IMG/VR virus record: IMGVR_UViG_3300025872_000049
DNA: 64,000 bases
Strand: one strand, 5' to 3'
DNA from: an uncultured virus (IMG/VR IMGVR_UViG_3300025872_000049)
Taxonomy: Duplodnaviria; Heunggongvirae; Uroviricota; Caudoviricetes
The notes beneath the pieces were generated by a model. That model searched no databases. It saw nothing but the letters and a program-made list of their open reading frames with translations, and was not told the DNA's origin. The translations under genes were made by a program, and so were the position numbers. Each line of letters starts with the position of its first letter. The stretch's first letter is position 1. This document shows positions 55,407-64,000 of the stretch, one piece after another.

Positions 55407-55993
55407 TGAAACTATTAAGAGGAAAACATCAAATGATTGGCAATGGGGAAATGCAATGGGTGGACCCGAATTCTCTTCGGCTCGCCCCATGGCGCACGAC
55501 CTATCTACTAAAGCCAGATTTAGAAATCCTTGCTCGGTCGCTTGAAGATTATGGGTGGCTCCAGCCTCTCGTAGTTCAGGCTCAGACAGGTGTCGTAATT
55601 GATGGCAACTATCGATATGAAGTTGCCTCAAATCTAAGCAAACTCTCCAAGGCAACAGGTGGACGAGTTCCTGTCATTATGGTGGACTGTGACGACATTG
55701 AGGCAATGCTCCTCCATGCTCGGCTGAACCGAGGAAGAGGAAATGTCGTAGCGAGGAAACTTTCTCGTATTGTTCAGTCGCTCCTGCGGTCTCGCAAGTA
55801 TGGTGAACCGGATATCAAGAGGGCACTAGGAATGTCAGCCGATGAAATGGACCTAATGGTTGACGGAACAATGCTCAAAGACAAAAAAATTGGCGAGCAT
55901 AAGTACTCGGCGGCTTGGGTCCCAGTGGAGGCTCCGGCAGGAACTGTGGATAAGGCGATGTCAATTGAGCGTCCGCCCAATAGCGACGGATGA
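55406..55993 (+). CDS. ParB-like (IbrB-like) protein
   Basis: SL..YGWLQPLVV..VIDGNYR...NRGRG...LGMSADE. Confidence 0.8.
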   Translation: MKLLRGKHQMIGNGEMQWVDPNSLRLAPWRTTYLLKPDLEILARSLEDYGWLQPLVVQAQTGVVIDGNYRYEVASNLSKLSKATGGRVPVIMVDCDDIEAMLLHARLNRGRGNVVARKLSRIVQSLLRSRKYGEPDIKRALGMSADEMDLMVDGTMLKDKKIGEHKYSAAWVPVEAPAGTVDKAMSIERPPNSDG

Positions 55994-56045
55994 TATTTAC
56001 CAGAGATAGGTCTATGGTAAAGTTGGTTGGAGGATTGGAGTACGT

Positions 56046-56234
56046 ATGCCCGTTCCCACAGTCAACCCCGACATTGAACCTGGTGTTAGAGAAGGTCGCC
56101 GTCCGGCGTGGTGGCGTCGCGCTCTGGCATTTGTCCTTCGTGGCATGAACCGTCGTCTGGGAGGCGCAGGGAACCCCGAGGGAGCAGGACGAGACCTCCT
56201 TCCGGACCGATTCCGCCGAGGGCGCCTCGCTTAA
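56046..56234 (+). CDS. Small Arg-rich protein
   Basis: GGAG SD; own -10 TAAAGT. Confidence 0.55.
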   Translation: MPVPTVNPDIEPGVREGRRPAWWRRALAFVLRGMNRRLGGAGNPEGAGRDLLPDRFRRGRLA

Positions 56235-56285
56235 TCAAAACCTTCTGCTATTGTTGGGCGCTAAGCGCTCACTAAGGGGCTACTA

Positions 56286-57359
56286 ATGGGAAGAGTCTTG
56301 AAAATTGGTATTGCGTCGACCGATTGGTCGCGCTCTATGGTTGACAATGCTGGTCATCCGGTTCCTGGAGGCGCAAATTGGGTACGCCTTCAACAAAACC
56401 GTCGTCATATGAAGTATGTGACCGTCTCTGGTCTGCTTGTTCATAGTCCGACCAAGGGTTTTGGAATTCTGGATTGGAACAAAAAAGCGCACTATGACTG
56501 TAAAGTCATTATTTTACAGCGACTGATGTTCAAGAATCTTGTTGAGAAACTTGACGATAGGCATAAATATGGTCAGGTCATCATCAATGATATTGACGAC
56601 TGGTACTGGGGTCTTCACGAAGACAACCACGCATACAAGTTGACACACCCTGACTTCAATAAAGACGAGAATATTGACCACTACAAAAAAATTATTGAAG
56701 CATCTGACGGCGTAACGGTTAGTACGCCATTCCTCAAGAACAAATTTGAACAGGAATTTGACTGTCAGCGCGTTGATATTATTGAGAACTGCGTAACAAT
56801 GATTGACTTTCGAGTCCGGTATCACCGTTCACGCAGGGCAAAGGTTGGCTGGGTGGGGTCTACTTCGCACCGCTCTGGCGACTTAGAACTTCTTGATGGG
56901 GTGCTCGGTGCTGGACCGTGGAGGCTTCATCACTCTGGGCATGTTAATGGGGCGGTTCATTTTGCCGACAAAGTTGGGGTGCGGCGAGAGGGTGTCACTC
57001 TCAGTCCAATGTTCCACCCTAAGGACTATGCCCGACTTTCATTTGAATTTGATATTGGCGTAGCGCCACTCAATGATATCCCCTTTAACCACGCTAAGTC
57101 ATGGATTAAGGCTATTGAATATGCGTCTGCGGGGATTCCGGTAGTGATGTCTGACGTTGGTGAATATCGACGACTTCATGACCAGTATGGAATCGGGAGG
57201 CTCGCATCTACCAAGGATGAGTGGATTGACCATCTTATGGAACTTAAGGATTACACAGCGCGAACACCTGAGGCGGCGCGAATCCGGAAGCAGGTCAAAG
57301 AACTGGATGTGTCAGTAATGGCTAAAAGATGGGATGAGGTTATTTCATCCTATCTATAG
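56286..57359 (+). CDS. GT-B (GT4-like) glycosyltransferase
   Basis: DIDD, VGWVGS..H, DIGVAPL...FN.AKS.IK.IEY..AGIPVV.S. Confidence 0.85.
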   Translation: MGRVLKIGIASTDWSRSMVDNAGHPVPGGANWVRLQQNRRHMKYVTVSGLLVHSPTKGFGILDWNKKAHYDCKVIILQRLMFKNLVEKLDDRHKYGQVIINDIDDWYWGLHEDNHAYKLTHPDFNKDENIDHYKKIIEASDGVTVSTPFLKNKFEQEFDCQRVDIIENCVTMIDFRVRYHRSRRAKVGWVGSTSHRSGDLELLDGVLGAGPWRLHHSGHVNGAVHFADKVGVRREGVTLSPMFHPKDYARLSFEFDIGVAPLNDIPFNHAKSWIKAIEYASAGIPVVMSDVGEYRRLHDQYGIGRLASTKDEWIDHLMELKDYTARTPEAARIRKQVKELDVSVMAKRWDEVISSYL

Positions 57360-57415
57360 CCTTCTCTTAGGAGAACACTTCTGATAGTAAACTATCGGTG
57401 AGGAAAGGCGCATTT

Positions 57416-58045
57416 ATGCTCGTCAATATCACCGAAATTGAGCGCTACATGGATGTCAAGTTATCCCCGCGCCAGAATCATGCTGCTGGATATATCCTTG
57501 AGGGTCTCCAGAGCGAACTTGAGTCCTACCTGCGTAGACCAGTTGAAGTAGGTACTTTCACTGAGAACTATAGGGTTGAATCGTCCAATGTTGGACTTCC
57601 CACATCATCATTCTTTTATGACACCTCTCTTGGAACGGACCAGCGAGTCCAGACGTATCTTCAGCCCCCCTACACGGTGTATGTCCGCAACTCGCCCGTT
57701 GTCTCGGTCGCATCAGTAACTGTGACTGCGCCGACGCCCGGAAGCGTTCCCGAAGTATTGGTCGATGGCACTGATTACATTGTGCGGAGATACGGCATAG
57801 ATGTCTACAGAACTTTTGCTAATGACAATATTGAGGTCGTCTATGATGCCGGTCTTGATGGTGAACAAATTAAGCACTTTAAGTTGATGATTCTGCGAGC
57901 GGCATCAAGGGAAATGCAGAATATGCACGACGATGTCGTTGGAATTAAGGACTTGGAGACAAGGAATACCGCACCGCTCACAACCGGATTTACACCTGAG
58001 GAACTTGCCTCGGTTCGTCGTTGGCGTAGGGTTCGGGTGGCGTGA
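57416..58045 (+). CDS. Head-tail connector/adaptor
   Basis: LV...E...Y...ESYLRR; V.Y.AG; position. Confidence 0.7.
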   Translation: MLVNITEIERYMDVKLSPRQNHAAGYILEGLQSELESYLRRPVEVGTFTENYRVESSNVGLPTSSFFYDTSLGTDQRVQTYLQPPYTVYVRNSPVVSVASVTVTAPTPGSVPEVLVDGTDYIVRRYGIDVYRTFANDNIEVVYDAGLDGEQIKHFKLMILRAASREMQNMHDDVVGIKDLETRNTAPLTTGFTPEELASVRRWRRVRVA

Positions 58046-58476
58046 AAGTAAAAATAGATATTGATTGCGACGCCGATGACGTCATTCGGCGCCTTGAGGG
58101 AATGAAGTTACGCGCAACCAACTTTAAACCGCTGTTTTGGTATGCGCGCCTAGAACTCCAGAGGGCAAATGCTGAAAACTTTGGGGCTGGAGGCTTACCC
58201 ACCGGAAGTAAGTGGGAACCAAGAACTCGCCCCTATCCGTGGCCTCTCATGATTAGGACTGGCAAATTAATGGATTCTTTGTTGAGTCTATTTGGTCCGC
58301 CAAACAATATTGACAATACAAATGCGCAATTTGGAACAAGCGTTGAATATGCAAAGTTCCATCAATATGGAACCACTAAAATGCCAAAAAGAAAGATAGT
58401 CTTTGAGCCGAGAGGATTCGCTAGAGATTTGGCTGAAAAAGCGGCTTCCTATGTGGCGAATGCGAGGGTCCCATGA
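58042..58476 (+). CDS. Virion morphogenesis (Mu gpG-like) neck protein
   Basis: RTGKLMDS...GT.VEYA.FHQYGT.KMPKR. Confidence 0.8.
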   Translation: MKVKIDIDCDADDVIRRLEGMKLRATNFKPLFWYARLELQRANAENFGAGGLPTGSKWEPRTRPYPWPLMIRTGKLMDSLLSLFGPPNNIDNTNAQFGTSVEYAKFHQYGTTKMPKRKIVFEPRGFARDLAEKAASYVANARVP

Positions 58477-59072
58477 CAATGCAAGGTGCTCATAAGGCAA
58501 AATACTTTGTCAATAGTTATCTAGAGAGCGACCTTCCGTCGCGCCTGATTACCTACCGTAATGAGTGGAATCTTGACGACGAGGAACTTCCGGAACCCCT
58601 GAAGTATATGGTCCACGAGCCTATTGCGATTGACCATTGGCCGACATTGATTACCGCAGCGATTTCAATGAATGGTTTGACTCGTTCTGATTACACTCAT
58701 CTTTTTGACCCTCAGTTTCGCGTTGATTACGCCATGCGTACCTATGTCTGGGTAAAAGATGACAACGCCGAGTTGTGCACCATCAAGAGGGACAGGCTCG
58801 TAACTGTGCTTCGGTCAGCATTTCTTGACGCGCCAAGTCTTAACCGATGTGGCGATGAGGATAACCTTGAGGTATTTATTGACGAGTCGTCAATCCGTGA
58901 GGAATACTCAGACCTAACCCTCATTAAGGGCGAAAGAGTTATGGCTGGCGCCTATATCGCATATACGTTGACCGTCAATGAAGTTTCACGAGTCAAGCCT
59001 CTGTCTGATACATCTACCTATGAGGTAGAAGTGCTTCGCGTAGCAATTGACGAAGATGCCGACGATATCTAG
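58473..59072 (+). CDS. Tail completion/terminator protein
   Basis: Position before sheath. Confidence 0.55.
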   Translation: MTMQGAHKAKYFVNSYLESDLPSRLITYRNEWNLDDEELPEPLKYMVHEPIAIDHWPTLITAAISMNGLTRSDYTHLFDPQFRVDYAMRTYVWVKDDNAELCTIKRDRLVTVLRSAFLDAPSLNRCGDEDNLEVFIDESSIREEYSDLTLIKGERVMAGAYIAYTLTVNEVSRVKPLSDTSTYEVEVLRVAIDEDADDI

Positions 59073-59213
59073 AACTGTTCCACTAGAACTAAGTAGCATT
59101 CAGTCACAATAGTTAGCGAGTTCAGTAACGGCTTACAAGATTAGGCGTATAAACACGGTATAATCTTGAAAGTAATGAACTGAGCGAATCGCTTCTACTC
59201 CGGAGGAAGGCAA

Positions 59214-60674
59214 ATGCCCGGTATTGTCGTAAATACATCTGTTCGCACCGGACCGTCAACTACGAATGTTTCGCCCACGGCGACATGGTTTGTTGTTGGT
59301 CTCACCGAACGTGGTCCGGCTGCTGACCCCAAGAAAGTCACCAGCATCGCTGACTATGAGTCTGTCTTTGGCGATTACACCTCGTATGGCGATGTGTACG
59401 AGCAGGTGCAGACCTTCTTCGAGGAGGGTGGCGCTGAGGTCTATGTTTCGCGAGTCGTTGGAGCATCTGCTACTGCTGGCGTCAAGGTTCTTGATAACGA
59501 CGCCGCTGGTACGGCAATTACGCTCGTCGCCGCTGGTCCGGGCAGTTGGTCGTCCAACCTCTCGGTAACCGTGACGACGCTTGGCTCGGGTCATGTTCTC
59601 AAGTTGTACCTCAACGGTGAATTTGTTTATAAGACCGGCGAGTGCACCTCGGTTGCCCAGATGGCGAACAAGATTAACTCGTCGGCACTTGCTGGCAAGT
59701 ACATCACCGCTACCGCTGGAACCGGAACTATCGCTGTCGTGTCGTCGCCCGCTTCGTTCAGCGCCGGTGATGACAACCGCGCGTCCATCGTTGACCAAGA
59801 TTGGCTTGATGCGATGGACGCATTCGGCTACGAACTTGGTGCGGGTGCTATTTCGCTTCCGGGATTCGTGACTGCGGGCAATGTTGAGGCAACGCATGAG
59901 GCTGTTCTTGCCCACTGCTACGCAAACCATCGCATGGCAATCCTTTCGACGCCTAGCGACTTTGACGAGACTGACGCGGGCGACCACTCGGAATACCTCG
60001 CCTCGGTTGATTATGCGGAGTACGGCGGATTGTTCTTCCCGTGGGTGACGATGAACCTTGAGGATGGCACTTCGCTGACCATTTCGCCAGAGGGCTATGT
60101 CGCCGCTAAGCGGTCGCTTGCCTTCAATCGCATTGGACCTTGGTCTGCGTATGCTGGTGCGGTTTCGGAATCGAACTTCATCACCGGTCTGGCGCAGACG
60201 GTTACCCGAGCGATTGGCAATACCCTTGATGAGTCTCGGTGTAACGCTCTGCGAATCTTCAACAACGCTGTTCGTGTGTACGGCGCTCGCTCGCTGTCGT
60301 CGGATGAGGATAACTTCCGATTCCTCAACAGCCGTGAGATGCTGAACTACATCACCGTTCAGGCGCAGGCTCAGTTGGAAGACCTCGTCTTCTCGCCGAT
60401 TGACGGACGCAACGCCCTCTTCACGCAGGTCAAGGGTCGCCTCATTGCGATGCTGGAGCCGGTGCGAATCGCTGGCGGTCTGTACGAAGCGTTTGATGCC
60501 AATGGCAAGCGGATTGACTACGGCTACTCCGTTGTCGTGAACGACGCCATCAACCCCGTCTCGCAGTTGGCTGGAGGTCTCGTGAAGGCCAAGGTCGGCG
60601 TGCGAGTGTCCGCAATTGGTGACCAGATTCAGGTCGATGTCACCAAGTCGAATCTCACCGCATCAGTCGTCTGA
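59214..60674 (+). CDS. Contractile tail sheath protein
   Basis: MPGIVV, G..ERGP, FFEEGG, FPWV, VYGARSL, LVF.PID. Confidence 0.92.
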   Translation: MPGIVVNTSVRTGPSTTNVSPTATWFVVGLTERGPAADPKKVTSIADYESVFGDYTSYGDVYEQVQTFFEEGGAEVYVSRVVGASATAGVKVLDNDAAGTAITLVAAGPGSWSSNLSVTVTTLGSGHVLKLYLNGEFVYKTGECTSVAQMANKINSSALAGKYITATAGTGTIAVVSSPASFSAGDDNRASIVDQDWLDAMDAFGYELGAGAISLPGFVTAGNVEATHEAVLAHCYANHRMAILSTPSDFDETDAGDHSEYLASVDYAEYGGLFFPWVTMNLEDGTSLTISPEGYVAAKRSLAFNRIGPWSAYAGAVSESNFITGLAQTVTRAIGNTLDESRCNALRIFNNAVRVYGARSLSSDEDNFRFLNSREMLNYITVQAQAQLEDLVFSPIDGRNALFTQVKGRLIAMLEPVRIAGGLYEAFDANGKRIDYGYSVVVNDAINPVSQLAGGLVKAKVGVRVSAIGDQIQVDVTKSNLTASVV

Positions 60675-60686
60675 TAAGGAGTAGTA

Positions 60687-61145
60687 ATGACCGGTAAAAT
60701 TGCACAGCGTCAGATTGTCGCCTCCATCAAGCCTTCGGCTGAGGGCAATGCTGAGACGCCCCCGACGGTGGGAACCGACATGGGTCTGGCGTACTTTGCT
60801 CAGGTGACTGGTGGCGAAATCACCGCTTCGGTGGAAAAGATTTACATCGGTGGAAAGTTGTTCCCCGAGGTTCTCTGCGCTCCTGCTGAAATCGGCGACA
60901 TCACCCTGACCCGTCACTACGCCCCCGATATTGATGCCTCGTTCCTTGGAGCGATTCGTCAGATGGTCGGTCGTGCGTACTACGACATTCAGGTCGATGA
61001 GTTGAACTGCAATGTGGCTGTTCCGGAACTCCAGCGCACCTACGCCAAGGCTCTCCTTGTCGGTGTGACTGAGCCGGAAGGTGACGCGGCTTCTGGTGCT
61101 CCGGCAACCTACTCGCTTACCTTCAGCATTCAGTCCGTTAAGTAA
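60687..61145 (+). CDS. Tail tube protein
   Basis: Follows sheath; F..VTGGE...DITLTR. Confidence 0.8.
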   Translation: MTGKIAQRQIVASIKPSAEGNAETPPTVGTDMGLAYFAQVTGGEITASVEKIYIGGKLFPEVLCAPAEIGDITLTRHYAPDIDASFLGAIRQMVGRAYYDIQVDELNCNVAVPELQRTYAKALLVGVTEPEGDAASGAPATYSLTFSIQSVK

Positions 61146-61172
61146 TACCTCAAACAACTTAAGAAATTGGCT

Positions 61173-61198
61173 ATAGGGGTACCGCTAGGTGCCCCTAT
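61173..61198 (+). terminator. Hairpin after tube gene
   Basis: ataggggtacc-gcta-ggtgcccctat. Confidence 0.55.
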
Positions 61199-61219
61199 TG
61201 TCATGCTAGCGTGCCGTTC

Positions 61220-61735
61220 ATGAGCGACTCCATGTTTGAAACCCCGTCTGAACCTGCCCCCAAGAAGGCAGGCATCAAGGACGAAAAAGCCCCCTCGGTG
61301 CTTGACCAGTTGAAAGCCGTGCTTTCCAAGAAGGTTGAGCGCGAGCCTGTTTTTATTGAAATCCCCGAGCGTCCGGGTGTGACAATTCAGGTTTCTCCCA
61401 ATATCACCCAGCATCAGTTGCGTGCATGGCGAAAGAATGCCGGAGAAGACACCAAGAACGGTCTAGATGCCACCAAGTTCGCCTGTGCCGTTATTGGGCA
61501 TACATGCACCGGAATCTTCGTTAATAACGAACAGGTGGTCAATGAGGATGGAATTGGCTTGACTTTTGCCTCTGATGCAATCCTTCAGATGACTGACACG
61601 ACTCGCCCGATTCCTGACTGTGTGCGCGCTTTCTTCGGCATTGACCCGCATGTGGAAAGCGCTGCGCTTGCTGTTCTTGAAGCCGCTGGATACTCGGACA
61701 CGGTTGAAACCGTGGACCCTACGAAGGCGTCCTAG
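61220..61735 (+). CDS. Tail assembly chaperone (G)
   Basis: Between tube and tape measure. Confidence 0.75.
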   Translation: MSDSMFETPSEPAPKKAGIKDEKAPSVLDQLKAVLSKKVEREPVFIEIPERPGVTIQVSPNITQHQLRAWRKNAGEDTKNGLDATKFACAVIGHTCTGIFVNNEQVVNEDGIGLTFASDAILQMTDTTRPIPDCVRAFFGIDPHVESAALAVLEAAGYSDTVETVDPTKAS

Positions 61736-61917
61736 AAGAACTTCAGTCCGACGGACGCATCCAGACAGCCGCCCGTCTGGGCGAACTATGGGGAACTGAC
61801 CCCATCAAATTACTTGACTGTTCTGAAGAAGAATGGTTAATCAGATACGCGTGCGCAAAGATTATTGAGGCTGACCGCGCCGAACAAGAGCGTAAAATGA
61901 AAGCACAGCAAAAATAA
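61708..61917 (+). CDS. Chaperone GT extension in the -1 frame
   Basis: Open -1 frame overlapping G stop with no usable start: VLEELQSDGRIQTAARLGELWGTDP...QK. Confidence 0.65.
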   Translation, partial: NRGPYEGVLEELQSDGRIQTAARLGELWGTDPIKLLDCSEEEWLIRYACAKIIEADRAEQERKMKAQQK

Positions 61918-61946
61918 CGCTCTTGTCCATCTAGCAGAGGCTTGAC

Positions 61947-64000
61947 ATGGCTGACGAACGCGTCGTAATTAAAATAGATGTCAAAGCCGATACCTCTGCG
62001 ATTGACCGCGTCCAGCGCAAACTTGCTGCCCTCTGCGCTCAGGCAAGCAAATGTGATGACACATTTAATGGATTAAGCGGTGATATTGATAAGACCTCTG
62101 AGAGCCAAAAACGCCTCGGCAGAGAGTCGGATAGCACCTCCAGCAAATTAAAGAAAACTGGCAGAGAGGCAGGAGCGCTCTCCAAGATTCTTAAAACTGG
62201 TCTCAAGTTCGCGATGATTGGTTCTGCAATTGAAACTGCTGCGCTAGCCGTTGCCCTGTCGTCGGTTAATGGCTTGCTGGCAACCGGACGATTCTTAGTT
62301 AAGTCATACCAAGTAGTCATGTCGGGCCTGGCGAAAGCCGCAGCAGTCGCTGGTATTGCGCTAGCAACGGTTGCTGCTGCGCAGAAGCAATATATCGCTG
62401 CCCAGCAGGCGGGTCGCTATGGAGGATTTCAGGGGGCGGCTATTGCCCTACGCACGATGTCCGCTGATGCCCGTCTAGCCGGACTCAGTATGAAGAGTCT
62501 AAATTCAGCGTTTGCAGCAGCATCGAAGAATGCACGGGTGACCGGTGGTACAACCAGCGCGATTGCTGGATTGATGGACTTTGCAGCAGCCACTGGTGAC
62601 ATTGAAAAAGGTGTTACTTCTGTAGCAACCCTTGTTTCTCTGATTCAGAAAGGAGGTGTCGGAGGCGCAGGGGTCGCTGAAGCCGCGAAGCAACTAGGTC
62701 CTGAGTTTGAAAAGGCTTTTAAAGAGGTGTCACGGGGTGGAAAAGCATCTGCTCAAGAAGTGCTTAAAGCATTTTCTGGTGGTGATATGGCTAAGAAGGC
62801 GGGGATAGGCGGAACATTTGCCGCTATGCAAGGAACGCTGATTGGGCAATTTAAAGCGTTCATGCAACAAATGCAGACAGAAGCATCAGACCTTGGTGCA
62901 CGATTCATTACGCCAGTTCAAGTTGCTTTTGAAAAAATACGCACGATAGTTATACGCACATTCACGCAAATCTCGCCATTACTATCTGACTTTGCTAATG
63001 GTGGACTATTGGGGAAAGTAGTTAACGGAATTGACAAAATAGCGCAATTCCTCGTGAAGTTGATGAGGGAGTATGTCCCAGCAACACAGAATTTCTTCGG
63101 AAAGTTAAAGGGATTCTGGGATGGGCTTGTTTCTGGATTTGAGCGGTTTAATGCCTATCTCCGTGGACTCAGTGAATCAAGCAAGATAATTAATCGGTTT
63201 TTCGGGAAAATTCTCAAGGCTATTGGGGGCGGGCTGAAGAAAAACTTTGAGCAGTTTGCTGTTCAAGTACAAAAAAATGAAGGCAACCTTGATAAGTGGG
63301 GCGATTCAATTGTTCGGCTCATAGACGCTATTTTTGAGTTGTCACGCGCATTTAGGGACGCTTTCTTCGCTGCCCTTCCGGCTATTACAAAAATTGCCGA
63401 TGCCCTTACTCTGGTTCTAAACATCGTCAGCGGAATCATTAGTGGTCTAAGCAAATTGGGACCTTTGGGCGGTCTTGCTGGATACATGGGTTTACCGCTA
63501 CTGATGGGCGGAATGGGACGAATGGCGAAGGGAGGGTCGTTCATCGGACCCGGCATGAAAAAGATGTACGGGGTAGCGACCAGTCCTCTCGGATTGACAG
63601 CAATAGGCGCTCTTGGCACTCAGGCTCTAACGAATAATCGTGGCTCAGTGGTTGAGACTGGTGGCGATATTGCTACCGGCGCAATTATTGGGTATGGGGC
63701 AACAAAGGCGATTGGCGGTGCTGGAGGAATACCCATGCTCGGCGCATATGCCGGACCGGCTGCCCTTGCGACGGCTGGTGCCGTTGGCGCATACACAGCA
63801 GGAAACATGGTTGGAAGTGCTACATACCGTGCAACTGGAGGCAACAGGGCAGCAACTGTTGGCGCTGCCGGTGCTACGGGCGCAGCCGTTGGCGCGGCAA
63901 CAGGAGCGGGCGTGGGCGCACTTCTTGCTGCTCCGACACTAGGCACTTCAGTCATTATTGGCGCGATTGCTGGTGCGCTTATTGGCGGAGTCGCAGGATG
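61947..64000 (+). CDS. Tape measure protein, 3'-truncated
   Basis: MADERVVIKIDVKAD; Ala/Gly-rich helical ORF running off the end. Confidence 0.9.
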   Translation, partial: MADERVVIKIDVKADTSAIDRVQRKLAALCAQASKCDDTFNGLSGDIDKTSESQKRLGRESDSTSSKLKKTGREAGALSKILKTGLKFAMIGSAIETAALAVALSSVNGLLATGRFLVKSYQVVMSGLAKAAAVAGIALATVAAAQKQYIAAQQAGRYGGFQGAAIALRTMSADARLAGLSMKSLNSAFAAASKNARVTGGTTSAIAGLMDFAAATGDIEKGVTSVATLVSLIQKGGVGGAGVAEAAKQLGPEFEKAFKEVSRGGKASAQEVLKAFSGGDMAKKAGIGGTFAAMQGTLIGQFKAFMQQMQTEASDLGARFITPVQVAFEKIRTIVIRTFTQISPLLSDFANGGLLGKVVNGIDKIAQFLVKLMREYVPATQNFFGKLKGFWDGLVSGFERFNAYLRGLSESSKIINRFFGKILKAIGGGLKKNFEQFAVQVQKNEGNLDKWGDSIVRLIDAIFELSRAFRDAFFAALPAITKIADALTLVLNIVSGIISGLSKLGPLGGLAGYMGLPLLMGGMGRMAKGGSFIGPGMKKMYGVATSPLGLTAIGALGTQALTNNRGSVVETGGDIATGAIIGYGATKAIGGAGGIPMLGAYAGPAALATAGAVGAYTAGNMVGSATYRATGGNRAATVGAAGATGAAVGAATGAGVGALLAAPTLGTSVIIGAIAGALIGGVAG

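Overview
64-kb fragment of a large tailed dsDNA phage with a contractile tail and an HK97-type head. The host is most likely an actinobacterium (WhiB, LPxTG sorting signal, GAAAGGA-type SD sites, many leaderless TANNNT promoters). (1) 1-11.4 kb: early/host-takeover region of repeated terminator-promoter-small gene cassettes with near-consensus sigma-A promoters, a shared spacer operator, a shared leader motif, a polar GACGGTGGYGGA repeat, MoxR-AAA/vWA, a mini-ArdA and a candidate structured ncRNA. (2) 11.8-22 kb: replication initiator/loader, phosphatase, a fibre-like cassette, WhiB, HslV-like protease, metallophosphoesterase and DNA methyltransferase. (3) 22-30 kb (minus): lysis cassette, two predicted cell-surface proteins (LPKTG-anchored; PA14) and a second fibre module. 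(4) 30-47.8 kb (minus): head operon in which six large, unusual genes, including a HipA/PI4K-like kinase and a paralogous pseudokinase, lie between the prohead protease and the major capsid gene. (5) 47.8-64 kb (plus): TerL, Sak/Cas4-like/HNH/RuvC, a ParB-PAPS reductase-ParB-glycosyltransferase module, then neck, sheath, tube, frameshifted chaperone and a truncated tape measure. No tRNA, rRNA, CRISPR array or integrase was seen. All family calls come from motif recognition by eye, not from database searches.
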